This document shows positions 1-12,430 of a stretch of 64,000 bases of DNA, piece after piece. Source of the stretch: Alphaproteobacteria bacterium (lineage in GTDB: Bacteria; Pseudomonadota; Alphaproteobacteria; UBA828); contig CBDCCI010000002.1 in NCBI GenBank assembly GCA_965214705.1, forward strand, positions 192,001 to 256,000, read 5' to 3'. Numbering within the stretch: position 1 is the stretch's first letter; each line of letters opens with the position of its first letter. The notes under the pieces were generated by a model, which worked only from the letters and a program-made list of their open reading frames with translations, ran no database searches and was not told the DNA's origin. Position numbers and translations under genes: made by a program.

Positions 1-82
1 TGATTCACGCCTCATGGTAGAGGCCGCGCGACGATCGGTTGACACGGCCGCCCCATGCAATAATTGTCAGGCCGAACCCTGC

Positions 83-156
83 TGGGGGATCGTCTAACGG
101 TAGGACAGCGGACTCTGACTCCGTAGGTCCAGGTTCGAATCCTGGTCCCCCAGCCA
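83..156 (+). tRNA. tRNA-Gln (anticodon CTG)
   Basis: Acceptor stem TGGGGGA/TCCCCCA, anticodon arm GCGGA-CTCTGAC-TCCGT, T-loop GGTTCGAATCC, encoded 3' CCA; 74 nt. Confidence 0.96.
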
Positions 157-218
157 ACCCTCCCGCCCGGCGCGGCCACTGGCCCGGCCGGGCGTCTCGA
201 TTCCGCCGCGTTTCGCAC

Positions 219-1316
219 TCAGGCGTGAGTGCGGGTCTTGTCCGGGTCGTAGAAGGGGATGCGCGAAACCGTCGCGGAGCAGCGCCCGCTCTCGCCCTCG
301 ACATCGAGCCGCGTGCCCTCGGCCGCCGCGTGGGGTGCCACGTGGCAAAGCGCGAGGGATTTCTGCATCCGGTGCGACCAGCCTGGGCTGTTGACGACGC
401 CCACCTTCTCGCCGTCGAGGGTGAGTGTGGCGTCGGCGTCGACGGCATCATCGTGGTCGGCCACGATGCCCACCATGAGGATCTTCTCCTGCCCCTCGCG
501 GGCGAACACCGCGTCCTTGCCGCGAAAATCGCCCTTCTTGCGCGAGACCGACCAGCCCATGGTGACCTCCCAGGGCGTGTTGGCCTCGGTCATGTCGTAG
601 GGATAGAAGAGCAGCGCCGCCTCCACCCTGATCTTGTCGAGGCAGGTGAAGGAGCAGGGCACGATGCCGGCGCTCTCGCCTGCGCTGAGGATCTCCTCCC
701 AGAGCGGCACCACGTGCTCGGCGGTGGCGAAGATCTCGTAGCCGCGTTCGCCTGAATAGCCGGTCCGCGAAATCAGTACCGGGCGGCCGAAGAGCGTGGT
801 CTCGGCTTGGTGAAAGTAGCCGAGCGCGGGCAGGTCGATCGGCGTGTGCTGGTCGAGGAAGCCCACCGCCGCCGGGCCCTGCAGCGAGATGTCGTGCAGA
901 TCGTCGTCGAAGGCGATGCTCACCTCTTTGCCCTCGGCGCTCTCGTGCAGGCGCTCCAGGCAGGCGCCGGCGCCGTGAACCACCAAATAGTGATCATCGG
1001 CGAGGGTGAAGATGATGGCGTCGTCGCAGATGCCGCCATCGTCCTGCAACACCGGCCCGTAGGCTGACCGCCCGATCGGGATCCGCGACATGTTGCGGGT
1101 GATCACGTGATCGCAGACCGCCGCGGCGTCGCGCCCGCGCACGTGAACCTTCTTCAGGCCCGAAACATCGAAGAGGCCGGCCTTCTCTCGCACCGCATCG
1201 TGCTCATCGCAGGGGTCCGAGTTATAGGTCCACGGCGCTCCCATGCCGTTCCAGTCCTCGAGGTTGGAGCCGAGCGCCCGATGGTGCGCGGCCAGCGCCG
1301 ATTCGCGTTCACTCAT
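219..1316 (-). CDS. GcvT-family aminomethyltransferase (folate-binding)
   Basis: 365 aa; GLFDVS, SRTGYSGERGYEI, RVEAALLFY and C-terminal PFYDP motifs; no gcvH/gcvP adjacent. Confidence 0.9.
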   Translation of the reverse strand: MSERESALAAHHRALGSNLEDWNGMGAPWTYNSDPCDEHDAVREKAGLFDVSGLKKVHVRGRDAAAVCDHVITRNMSRIPIGRSAYGPVLQDDGGICDDAIIFTLADDHYLVVHGAGACLERLHESAEGKEVSIAFDDDLHDISLQGPAAVGFLDQHTPIDLPALGYFHQAETTLFGRPVLISRTGYSGERGYEIFATAEHVVPLWEEILSAGESAGIVPCSFTCLDKIRVEAALLFYPYDMTEANTPWEVTMGWSVSRKKGDFRGKDAVFAREGQEKILMVGIVADHDDAVDADATLTLDGEKVGVVNSPGWSHRMQKSLALCHVAPHAAAEGTRLDVEGESGRCSATVSRIPFYDPDKTRTHA

Positions 1317-1475
1317 AGAGAACTCTCCCTGACTCTTTACTTTCCCCTCAGTCGCCGGGCGCTTGCTCCGGTCGCTCGGCTACGCGCTTCGCGCGCGGCG
1401 CTGTCGCGCCGTCCGGGCCTGCGGCCCGGCCCACCTTATGATTTACGTGGTACCGGTCTCGACGGTTCCTCCCGC

Positions 1476-3927
<2,452 letters not shown>

Positions 3928-4088
3928 AATTTCATGTATCCATTGTCGGCCGGTCTTGACTCCGATCAATGATACCGAATACGGTTTTAGCAGATGATTG
4001 CGCAGGAAGAGCGCAATCCACCGTGCTGCCCCGCTGGCGATGCCCGATCCGGGCCTCCGCGCGGCCGCACCCAACAGGGAGACTAGCC

Positions 4089-5360
4089 ATGGGCAAGAAG
4101 GGACTTACACGCAGGCAGTTCACGGGCACGGCCGCGGCTGCAGCCGGCGCTGTCGCTGCGTCGTCGTTCGGCGCCCCCTATGTTGCACAGGGCGCCGAGA
4201 AGGTCGTCAAGCTCGGCTTTCTGGGGCCGCTCACCGGCGAAGTGGCGGGCTGGGCCCTGCCGGGCCGCAATGCTTGCCTGATCTGGGCCGACCAGGTCAA
4301 CGCGGGCGGCGGCATCAAGATCGGCGACGACAACTACATGGTCGAGATCGTCTCCTACGACAACGAGTACCTGGCGGACAAGTCGTTGATCGGTGCGAAG
4401 AAGCTGGTGCTCGAGGACGACGTCAAGTTGGTCTTGATGCTGGGCGGCACCGACGCGCCGGCGGCCGTGCAGTTCTTTACCAAGCAGAAGATGCTGTCGA
4501 CCACCCTGCTGCCGAGCGATCTCACCCCCGACACGCTCTATCACCTGGCGCCCGCCGAGGTGCATCCGCTCTACAACGTGACCGGCGTCGAGTGGCTCGC
4601 CGAAAACCGGCCGGAGCTCAAGACCGCTGCGATCTGCGCCCAGGACGACGAGCTCGGGTGGCCCTCGGTCGCGACCTATCTCGCTGCGTTCGAGGCGGCA
4701 GGCATCGACGTCGTCTACAACAAGTACTTCGACATCGCGACCACCGACTTCGCGCCTGTGGTGACCGCGATGCTGGCCGAGAATCCTGACATCGTCTGCC
4801 TCGACACGGCCTATCCGGACTTCGTCAACCTGCTCTGCGAGCAACTGTTCCTGCAGGACTACAAGGGGCAAATCATCTCCTGCACCCTCGATTTCTACGG
4901 GCGGATTATCGAGAAAACGAGCACGGAGTTCCTCGAGGGTCTGATCTTCCAGTTCCCGGATTTCGACGACCCGGCGATGAACGAGCCGCACATCAACTTC
5001 GAAAACCCCAACGAGTTCTTCGTCAACTACAACGAGCGCTTCCCCGACGCCTGGAGCGCGGTGACCTGGGAATATCCCGCCATCGCCGAGATGTGGAGAC
5101 TGGCGGCCGAGAAGGCCGGCAGCGTCGAGCCGATGGCCGTGTTCGCGTCGCTGAAGGAAGGCGGGCGCGGCCCCCATGTCTTCGGCGACGCCGACTGGTG
5201 GGGCGAAGAGCTGTGGGGCATCGACAACGCCCTGGTCGGCAACTGGCCGGTGGTGCAGATCCAGAACGGCAAGGCCACGATCGTCGAGTACCGCAACATC
5301 ATCGACTGGTGGAACAAGCACGGCGAGCTGTTGAAGAAGCATACCGCGGAGCAAGGCTGA
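4089..5360 (+). CDS. ABC transporter substrate-binding protein, Liv/branched-chain type, Tat-exported
   Basis: Twin-arginine signal LTRRQFTG; KLGFLGPLTG and DFAPVVT periplasmic-binding motifs. Confidence 0.88.
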   Translation: MGKKGLTRRQFTGTAAAAAGAVAASSFGAPYVAQGAEKVVKLGFLGPLTGEVAGWALPGRNACLIWADQVNAGGGIKIGDDNYMVEIVSYDNEYLADKSLIGAKKLVLEDDVKLVLMLGGTDAPAAVQFFTKQKMLSTTLLPSDLTPDTLYHLAPAEVHPLYNVTGVEWLAENRPELKTAAICAQDDELGWPSVATYLAAFEAAGIDVVYNKYFDIATTDFAPVVTAMLAENPDIVCLDTAYPDFVNLLCEQLFLQDYKGQIISCTLDFYGRIIEKTSTEFLEGLIFQFPDFDDPAMNEPHINFENPNEFFVNYNERFPDAWSAVTWEYPAIAEMWRLAAEKAGSVEPMAVFASLKEGGRGPHVFGDADWWGEELWGIDNALVGNWPVVQIQNGKATIVEYRNIIDWWNKHGELLKKHTAEQG

Positions 5361-5431
5361 CCCTGCAGCCTGCGGTAACCACCACGTTATGACGCGGCGG
5401 GTCCGTCGTCAGCACGGACCGCCGCACAGGC

Positions 5432-5457
5432 GAGCCGGGGCGGTGCAGCCCCGGCTC
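5432..5457 (+). terminator. GC-rich stem-loop after the binding-protein gene (terminator or mRNA stabiliser)
   Basis: GAGCCGGGGC-ggtgca-GCCCCGGCTC, perfect 10-bp stem; only a weak U tract follows. Confidence 0.5.
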
Positions 5458-5579
5458 TTCCGTTGTAGGATTCGTCTCCGGACAAGCGGACGCCCCGTCG
5501 GGCCCGGCGCACCGGCCGCGCCGTCGGGATGGTGGGGCATGCGCCGCGCCTGAGACGCACCTGACCCGCACGAGGGACC

Positions 5580-6455
5580 GTGGATACTGTCGTTCAGACG
5601 CTGGTGAACGCTCTGATGCAGAGCAGCTTCGTCGCGCTGATGGCGGTGGGTCTGGTTCTCATCTTCGGCGTCATGCGGGTCATCAACTTCGCCCACGGCG
5701 AGTTCTACATGGCCGGCGCCTACGTCGTGTTCTGGCTCTACGCCCAGCACGAGCTGCCCTTCTTCGCTGCCGTGGTCGCGGCCATGATCATCGTCGGCAT
5801 CATCGGACTGATCATCGAGCAGCTTCTGTTCAAGCCGATGCGGGAAAACCCGCTCGGCGGGCTGATCATGTCCATCGGCGTGCTCTTCATCCTCCAGGTG
5901 CTCGCCGCGGTCATTTTCGGCGTCGGCCTGATGAAGCACATCCCGCCGCTCTATCCCGGGGCAACGCCGCTCTTCGGCATGGACGGCGTCTCGGTGCCGT
6001 GGCAGCGGCTCGTCGCCTTCGGCATTGCGGTCGTGCTGCTGATCGGGTTCTGGCTCTTTCTCAAGCGCACACGGCTCGGCTGGGCGCTCCGCGCCTGTGC
6101 GCAGGACCGCGAGGCGGCGGCGCTCCAGGGCATGTCGATCAACAAACTGGCGCTGCTCGCGATGGGGCTCGGCGCCGGCATGGCGGGCGCCGCCGGTGCG
6201 ATCATGGCGCCGCTGGTCCGGGTCTACCCCTATATCGGCGGCCCGGTGATCGTGACCGCCTTCATCGTCATCATCGTGGGCGGTATCGGCAGCCTCGAAG
6301 GCGCGGTGCTGGCCGCCGTGCTCTACACCTTCTTCCACACATTCGTGGCCACCTACCTCGACGGGACCATCGCGAGCATCCTCGGCCTCCTCCTGATGCT
6401 GCTCGTCCTGACCGTGCGGCCCGCCGGCCTGCTGGGTAAAGGTGAGAAGGTCTAA
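5580..6455 (+). CDS. Branched-chain amino acid ABC permease (LivH-like)
   Basis: GLVLIFGVMRVINFAHGE, TRLGWALRA, IIVGGIGS motifs; hydrophobic. Confidence 0.9.
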   Translation: MDTVVQTLVNALMQSSFVALMAVGLVLIFGVMRVINFAHGEFYMAGAYVVFWLYAQHELPFFAAVVAAMIIVGIIGLIIEQLLFKPMRENPLGGLIMSIGVLFILQVLAAVIFGVGLMKHIPPLYPGATPLFGMDGVSVPWQRLVAFGIAVVLLIGFWLFLKRTRLGWALRACAQDREAAALQGMSINKLALLAMGLGAGMAGAAGAIMAPLVRVYPYIGGPVIVTAFIVIIVGGIGSLEGAVLAAVLYTFFHTFVATYLDGTIASILGLLLMLLVLTVRPAGLLGKGEKV

Positions 6456-7485
6456 CCGGCTCCTGGTGACGGGCGGCGGGCTGACGGCGCTGCTGGCGGT
6501 CTTTTGCGCGCTGCCCTTCCTGGTCGCGCTCTATCGCCTCGACATCCTGATCTTCATGCTCATCAACGTGATCCTCGCGGTGAGCTATCGCTTCCTCACG
6601 CTGGCCGGCGAGTTCTCCCTCGGTCATGTGGTGATGATGGGCGTCGGCGCCTACGGCAGCGCGCTCGCCACCAAGGAGGCGGGGCTATCGGTCTGGCTCG
6701 CGGCGCCGCTGGCGGCTGCGTTCACGGGCCTCCTGGCGCTGCTGCTGGCCTTCCCGCTGTTCCGCATGAAGGGCTTCTACTTCCTGATCGGCTCGTTTGC
6801 GGCGGGCGAGGCGATTCGCCTCTCCTGGAACCGCTTCCGCGACCCCTTCGGTGGGCCGGGTGGCATCGTGTTCATTCCCTCGCCGGAGATTCCCCTCCCC
6901 GTCCTCGGCATGGTCGATATCGCGGCGGACCCGATCGCCTACTACTTCTTCACGCTCGCGATCGTCGTCATCACCATCGTCGTCTTCTACCGGCTGGAGC
7001 GTTCTCGCTTCGGGCTCACGCTGCACGCGATCCACTGGCAGGACGTGCTGGCCGAATCGGTCGGCGTGCACATCTGGTGGTACAAGACCTTTGCTCTGGT
7101 GCTGGCGTCGGCCTTCGCCGGGCTCGCCGGCGGGCTCCTCGGCCACTACCTCGGCACAGTCAACCCGACCCAGTTCAACCTGCACATCATGCTCTTCGTG
7201 CTGGTGTGGGTGATCGTCGGCGGCACGCGGACCATCGCCGGTCCCATCGTGGGCGTCATCGTGTTGACGGTTGTCGACCAGGGGCTGCGCAGCCTCGACG
7301 AATGGCGGCCGCTGTTCTACGGCGCGATCCTGATTCTGACCGTGATGTTCCTTCCCCATGGGCTGGAGAGCCTGCCGCGACGCGCCAAGGAGTGGTGGGA
7401 ATGGGCGCGGCACAGGCGCCAACCGCCGGTCAGCGATGACGAAGAACCACCGGAGTCAGATAGACCGCCGCCTCAAGACGCCTGA
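6442..7485 (+). CDS. Branched-chain amino acid ABC permease (LivM-like)
   Basis: GEFSLGH..MGVGAY, SRFGLTLHAI, VIVGG..TIAGP motifs. Confidence 0.88.
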   Translation: MRRSNRLLVTGGGLTALLAVFCALPFLVALYRLDILIFMLINVILAVSYRFLTLAGEFSLGHVVMMGVGAYGSALATKEAGLSVWLAAPLAAAFTGLLALLLAFPLFRMKGFYFLIGSFAAGEAIRLSWNRFRDPFGGPGGIVFIPSPEIPLPVLGMVDIAADPIAYYFFTLAIVVITIVVFYRLERSRFGLTLHAIHWQDVLAESVGVHIWWYKTFALVLASAFAGLAGGLLGHYLGTVNPTQFNLHIMLFVLVWVIVGGTRTIAGPIVGVIVLTVVDQGLRSLDEWRPLFYGAILILTVMFLPHGLESLPRRAKEWWEWARHRRQPPVSDDEEPPESDRPPPQDA

Positions 7486-8170
7486 GATCACTGGACGCCT
7501 CGCCTTCCGCAAGCGGGCCCAGGCGCTCGGGGCCGAAGCGCACCGGATCGCGCTCGACCGCCTCGGCCCGGTGCCGGGCGTCAAGTGCCGCCGCACCGTC
7601 CCCCGCCTCCTCCCTGAGCACCGCAAGCGCGCGCCAGATCGTCACTTGGTCCGCTTCGCGCCAGCTGAGGCCCGCCGCCCGCTTCGCCTGGGCAGCCTCG
7701 AGCGCGGCCGCCGGGCTGCGTGCGAGGTGGGCGCCACCGGTGAGCGCTGCCGCCCGCCCGGCGCCCAGCAGCTTGGTGAACTCGGCGCGGGCGACGGCGT
7801 CGTACCCGCCGGGGTGTTTGGCCTGCAGGCGCAGGTGGAAGCCCGAGCTGCGTGCGCGCTGGGGGACTGCCATGTGCGCGATCCAAGCGTCCGACGCCTC
7901 CCAGGCCCGCAGCGCCCGGCGGAAGGCTCGTCGCGCCGCCGCGGCATTGCCAGAAGCAGAATGGCAAAGGGCGAGATGCGTCCGGCTCGCCGCCCGGCGC
8001 GGGTCGTCTGCGGCGAACGCCCTGGCGATCGCGGCGGCGGAGCGCCATGCGGCATAGGCCTCGTCCACGTGGCCCGCATGAAACGCATCGAGGCCGTCGC
8101 GGACCCGGGCTTCCCAGCGCTGCTCGGCGTTGGGCGCTTTACCACCGTCTCTCGCGGGTTCAGCCCCCAT
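7430..8170 (-). CDS. Hypothetical helical (TPR-like) protein
   Basis: 246-aa Ala/Arg-rich ORF with ATG start, 3 bp downstream of the LytTR gene; DPRRAASRTHLA resembles TPR helices. Confidence 0.5.
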   Translation of the reverse strand: MGAEPARDGGKAPNAEQRWEARVRDGLDAFHAGHVDEAYAAWRSAAAIARAFAADDPRRAASRTHLALCHSASGNAAAARRAFRRALRAWEASDAWIAHMAVPQRARSSGFHLRLQAKHPGGYDAVARAEFTKLLGAGRAAALTGGAHLARSPAAALEAAQAKRAAGLSWREADQVTIWRALAVLREEAGDGAAALDARHRAEAVERDPVRFGPERLGPLAEGEASSDLRRLEAAVYLTPVVLRHR

Positions 8171-8173
8171 CGC

Positions 8174-8959
8174 TCACACCAGGCCGGCGGCGCGGACGGC
8201 GGCCATGTAGGTCCGGCTCACCGGCACCTCGTGGCCGCCGGTGAGGCGCAGCGTAGTGCGGCCGTCCCGGCGGGCGGCGCCCGTCACATGGTGGCGTGCG
8301 ACCCAGTAGGAGCGGTGTACCCGGAGCCCGCCTGCGCCGTCGAGCTCGGCGACGGCGTCGACGAAGCGCATCAGCACCAAAGTCGAGCCCGCTGTGGTGA
8401 AGGCCTCGACGTAGTGATCGGCGGTCTTGAGGTAGACGAGATCGCGGCCGAGTTTTTCAGGCAGGCGGTCGAGGAAGCGCGCGCCAGGAGCGGGGCCGGC
8501 GTGGGTGCCTGACTCGCCTGCCTCTTCTGAAGCGGTTATCGCGACGCTCCGCTCCGCCAGCCCGCGACGGACTTCCATGACGGCGACCACCGCGAGCCCG
8601 ATCACCAGCATCAGCACGGCGACCGAGAGATAGATCATCGGCACGCCGACTGGCTCGGCATAGCCGGGCCGGAACAGCGCTTCGGCGGCCAACACCACCC
8701 CCGTACCGGGCGCGGCGGCGACCGGGGCCGCAGCCGCCGCCACCAGCACGCGCCGCCGCACCGAGTGGCCGCCTGCGGTGACCAGGGCCAGCATCATGAT
8801 GCTGCCGCAGACGAGCCAATTGCCGCCCATCGCCACCGCCCAATAGCCGATGCGGCCGGAGACCCCGAGCGAGTCGTAGGTGCCGAACGGGCCGATGAAG
8901 GCGAACAGCGCCACCAGAGCGACGAGCGCCACCGCCTGACCGGCCAGCGAGTGGCGCAT
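8174..8959 (-). CDS. Membrane-anchored LytTR-family transcriptional regulator
   Basis: Four N-terminal TM segments, C-terminal LytTR domain (TADHYVEAFT, RVHRSYWVA, VPVSRTY); start could extend to 9034. Confidence 0.85.
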   Translation of the reverse strand: MRHSLAGQAVALVALVALFAFIGPFGTYDSLGVSGRIGYWAVAMGGNWLVCGSIMMLALVTAGGHSVRRRVLVAAAAAPVAAAPGTGVVLAAEALFRPGYAEPVGVPMIYLSVAVLMLVIGLAVVAVMEVRRGLAERSVAITASEEAGESGTHAGPAPGARFLDRLPEKLGRDLVYLKTADHYVEAFTTAGSTLVLMRFVDAVAELDGAGGLRVHRSYWVARHHVTGAARRDGRTTLRLTGGHEVPVSRTYMAAVRAAGLV

Positions 8960-9089
8960 TTCGCGAAGCGTGAACGGCGAATCCTGCAATCCGCGAATAA
9001 TCCCGTGGTGTTTGCGTATCGAACGGTGACGCACGGCGCGGGCCTGCTCACCCTGCCCCGGTCAGCCAACCCAACGCTTTGGAGGATAT

Positions 9090-9584
9090 GTGATGACCAT
9101 TCGAACTGCATCCATCAAGGGCGCCACGCTGGCGGCCACGCTCGCCTGTGTAGCCTCGCTCGCATTCGGGGCCGCCGCGGCGGATCTCGAGGTCCGTATC
9201 GAGGGTCTGCGCTCGGCCGATGGTGACGTGCGCGTCGCGCTGCACCGGCACATGGAGGACGCGAAGTTCCCCGGCGACGCCGGCGTGGTCGGCGCGATCA
9301 TGCGTTCCGCCGCCTCCGGCACCGTGCGCGTGATTTTCGCGGACGTGGCGCCCGGTGCCTACGCAGTCGCGGCCTTCCACGACGCCGACGGCGACGGCGA
9401 ACTCGCCCAGAACTTCTTAGGGATGCCGACCGAAGGCTACGGCTTCTCCAACGGCGCCGTGGGCTTCATGGGCCCGCCCAGCTTCTCGGACGCCGCTGTG
9501 ACCGTGGGCGAGGGGGAGGCCATGCCTTCCGTCTCGGTGCCGATCGCCTATTCCGATGCCGGTGGGCAGGGGTCCGGGCAATGA
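9090..9584 (+). CDS. DUF2141 family exported protein
   Basis: Signal peptide; PGAYAVAAFHDADGDGEL..NFLGMPTEGYGFSN..GPPSF signature; GGAGG RBS. Confidence 0.9.
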   Translation: MMTIRTASIKGATLAATLACVASLAFGAAAADLEVRIEGLRSADGDVRVALHRHMEDAKFPGDAGVVGAIMRSAASGTVRVIFADVAPGAYAVAAFHDADGDGELAQNFLGMPTEGYGFSNGAVGFMGPPSFSDAAVTVGEGEAMPSVSVPIAYSDAGGQGSGQ

Positions 9585-11095
9585 GGGCCACACCATCCCG
9601 CCGCGCGGTGCTGCGTGCGCTGGGCTCCCTGCCGGTCGTGTTGGCGGCCGGCAGGGCAGGGGCAGCGGCGGATGATGCCACCGATCCTGCGCCCGCGCTC
9701 TCGGTCGATCAGCGCCGGCTCGCGTTCGCCACGGCTGCGGCCGAAGAACTCGCCGCGCCGCTCACCACGCTTGCCGGCGGCCTGCCGCCCGACCTCACCG
9801 GCGTGCTCTGGCGCAACGGCCCGGCGGAGCACGACCGCTTCGGCCATCGCTACTGCCACTGGTTCGACGGCGACGGCATGGTGCAGGCCTTCACCTTCAC
9901 GGGGGCCGGCGTGAGCCACCGCGCCCGCATCCTGGACACGCCGAAACGAGGACGGGAGACGGCGGCAGGCAAGCGCCTCCTGCCCGCCTTCGGCACCCTG
10001 CCGCCCGAGGTCGCGCCGATCATGGCGCCCGACGACATGAACGCCGCCAACGCCTCCGTGCTCGCCCACGGCGGGCGGCTCATGGCACTCTGGGAGGGGG
10101 GCTCGGCACTGGAACTCGATTCCGAGACCCTGGAAGCCGGCGATTTCGTCTCCTGGCGACCCGACCTCGCCGGTGCGCCCTTCTCGGCCCATCCCAAGGT
10201 CGAGGCCGACGGCACCTGCTGGAACATCGGCTGCGTCACCTTCCCCCGGCTGATGCTGCTGTTCTACCGCATCGACCCGCAAGGCCGGCTCGCCGCGTTC
10301 AACGCGCTGCCGGTCGAGCCGCTCGGCATGGTCCACGACTATGTCGTGACCCGGCGCCATCTGGTGCTTGTCGTGCCGCCCTTCGTGATCGAGCCAGAGC
10401 GCTTCGCCGCCGGCCCGATCAGCTTTCTCGATGCCCATGTCTGGCGGCCCGAGCTTGGCACCCGCGTGATCGTGGTGGACAAGGAGACGCTCGCCCCGGT
10501 CCGCCACCACGACCTGCCGCCGGGCTTCCACTTCCACCACGGCAACGGCTGGGAGGAGGCGGACGGCACCATCCACCTCGACCTCTGCCGAGCGGCGGAC
10601 CCGATGTTCGCCATCCACGACCTGCGCGCGGTCATGGAGGGCGACTGGGGCTTTCCCTCCGCCCACCCGCACTACCGCCGCATGGTGCTGCGGCCCGGCG
10701 GGGCCGCCACGATCGAGCAGGTGGCCACGGCCGTCGCGGATTTCCCCCGCATCGACCCGCGCCGCACCGGGCTCCGGCACCGCGCGCTCTTCGCGCTCAC
10801 CGGCGCGCGGGGCGGCGGCTGGCCGCTCTCAAGGGTCGACCGGATCGATCCTGATCATGGCGTGGTCGACGGCTGGTCCTATCCGCGACACCTGATCCCG
10901 GAGGAGCACGTGTTCGTGCCGCGTGGGACGACGGAGGGTGACGGCTGGCTGGTAGGCCCCTTCCTCGATCTGGAACGCCGTGCCGCCGGTCTCAGCGTCT
11001 TCGACGCCCAACACCTTGCCGACGGGCCGCTCTGGCAGGGCATCCTGCCCTACCCGCTCCCCCTCGCCCTGCACGGCACGTTCGTAGGGGCGTAG
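9581..11095 (+). CDS. Carotenoid cleavage oxygenase family protein (RPE65/LSD-like), Tat signal
   Basis: SRRAVL Tat motif; RNGP, HWFDGDGM, FSAHPK, MVHDY, FHHGN and LHGTF (four Fe-binding His). Confidence 0.9.
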   Translation: MRATPSRRAVLRALGSLPVVLAAGRAGAAADDATDPAPALSVDQRRLAFATAAAEELAAPLTTLAGGLPPDLTGVLWRNGPAEHDRFGHRYCHWFDGDGMVQAFTFTGAGVSHRARILDTPKRGRETAAGKRLLPAFGTLPPEVAPIMAPDDMNAANASVLAHGGRLMALWEGGSALELDSETLEAGDFVSWRPDLAGAPFSAHPKVEADGTCWNIGCVTFPRLMLLFYRIDPQGRLAAFNALPVEPLGMVHDYVVTRRHLVLVVPPFVIEPERFAAGPISFLDAHVWRPELGTRVIVVDKETLAPVRHHDLPPGFHFHHGNGWEEADGTIHLDLCRAADPMFAIHDLRAVMEGDWGFPSAHPHYRRMVLRPGGAATIEQVATAVADFPRIDPRRTGLRHRALFALTGARGGGWPLSRVDRIDPDHGVVDGWSYPRHLIPEEHVFVPRGTTEGDGWLVGPFLDLERRAAGLSVFDAQHLADGPLWQGILPYPLPLALHGTFVGA

Positions 11096-11218
11096 TCGGG
11101 GATGTGGAGCGCGTCCGTTCTTGACGGACGCGCGACAGGCCGCGACCGCGGCCCGCCGCGAAAGCGGCGCCCTCGCGGAGGCGCTGGCCTTGGGCCGGCT
11201 GCCGTGAGCGACAAGGCT

Positions 11219-12424
11219 CTAAAGCCCCGGATCGGCGGAGGGGAGGCCGAGCAGGACGCCGCCGTGGTTCGACGCGTTCACGTCCCAATTCTGGGTGATG
11301 TGCCCGCGGATGCAGTTGACATCGCGCATGGCGCGCGAGAGCGGGTTGCTGTCGTAGAGCCCGGCGCCGCCCGAGAGGTGGAAGAGCAGGTCCACCGCCT
11401 CAGCCGCGAGCTTGCCCGCCATGGTCGCCTGGGCGCGCAGCTCGGATTTCTTCGGCATCGGCGCGGTCCCGCCGCTCTCAGCGATCGCCATGCCCTTGTC
11501 GCAGCAATGGTGCAGCAGCAGGCGTGCGGTCTCGATCTTGGTGTGGGCCTCGGCCACCTTGACCTGCGCAGTGGAGTAGTCGGCCATGCTCTTGCCGGAC
11601 ATCCGCGCGACGCGGTCGCGGGTGCGGGCGACGAAGTCGTCGTAGACCGCCTGGGCCACGCCGAGCGCGGGGACGCTCTGGTTGATGGAAAACATGGCGT
11701 AGGCCGGCAGCTTGTAGAGCGCCGCGTCGTTCACGGCGCATCCTGGCGCGGTGCCGCCGCCCTTGGTGGCGTCGATGGTGAGCGCGCGGCGGTCCGGCAC
11801 GAAGACGTCATCCACGGCGACGTCGGCGCTGCCGGTGCCGCGCAGGCCCGCGGTGTGCCAAGTGTCGATGATCTCGTACTCGCCTCGCGGGATCGCGTGC
11901 ATCTGGGCGAGCCTGGGCTTGTCGCCGTCTTCGGTGAAGGCGGCAGCGATAAACCAGTCGGCGCCGTAGACTCCGCTCGCGAACGGCCAGCGTCCGCTGA
12001 TGCGCCAGCCGCCGTCCACGCGCACGGCACGGCCGCATGCCGGGATCAGCACGCCCGCCACCATGGCGTCCGGCGTCGCCCCCCAGATCTCGTCCTGCCC
12101 CTCCGGCGGCCAGTAGCCGAGCAGGCAGTTGTGGGAGGAATACTGGACCAGGCACCAGCCGGCGGCGCTGCAGGCGATGGAGATGGCCTCCACGATATCG
12201 ACCATGCCGGAATAATGTGCCTCGGCCCCGCCGTGCCGCGCAGGCTGCAGGATGCGGTGGATGCCGGCCTCGCGCATCGCCTGCATGGTCTCGGGGGCGA
12301 GCCGGCGGGTCTCCTCGGTCTCGTCCGAGCGCTCGCGGATCGTCTCCGCGAGCCCCTTGGCACGCGCAAGCAGGTTTTCGCGAGTCCTGACCGCCGCCGC
12401 GTCTGACGCCGCCGCCTCGTTCAT
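11219..12424 (-). CDS. Acyl-CoA dehydrogenase-fold flavin monooxygenase (HsaA/HpaH C2-like)
   Basis: QPARHGG, GRWPFASG, WHTAGLRGTGS, LSRAMRD..H motifs of two-component oxygenase subunits. Confidence 0.82.
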   Translation of the reverse strand: MNEAAASDAAAVRTRENLLARAKGLAETIRERSDETEETRRLAPETMQAMREAGIHRILQPARHGGAEAHYSGMVDIVEAISIACSAAGWCLVQYSSHNCLLGYWPPEGQDEIWGATPDAMVAGVLIPACGRAVRVDGGWRISGRWPFASGVYGADWFIAAAFTEDGDKPRLAQMHAIPRGEYEIIDTWHTAGLRGTGSADVAVDDVFVPDRRALTIDATKGGGTAPGCAVNDAALYKLPAYAMFSINQSVPALGVAQAVYDDFVARTRDRVARMSGKSMADYSTAQVKVAEAHTKIETARLLLHHCCDKGMAIAESGGTAPMPKKSELRAQATMAGKLAAEAVDLLFHLSGGAGLYDSNPLSRAMRDVNCIRGHITQNWDVNASNHGGVLLGLPSADPGL

Positions 12425-12430
12425 GGCGTT

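Noticed and set aside
83-156. tRNA-Gln as the ICE integration site
   Set aside because: It lies 30 kb from the integrases with ordinary metabolic genes between, and I saw no duplicate of its 3' end.
1340-1440. GC-rich hairpins between tmd and the GcvT gene as a riboswitch or REP
   Set aside because: No recognisable glycine or THF riboswitch consensus and no second copy found in the window.
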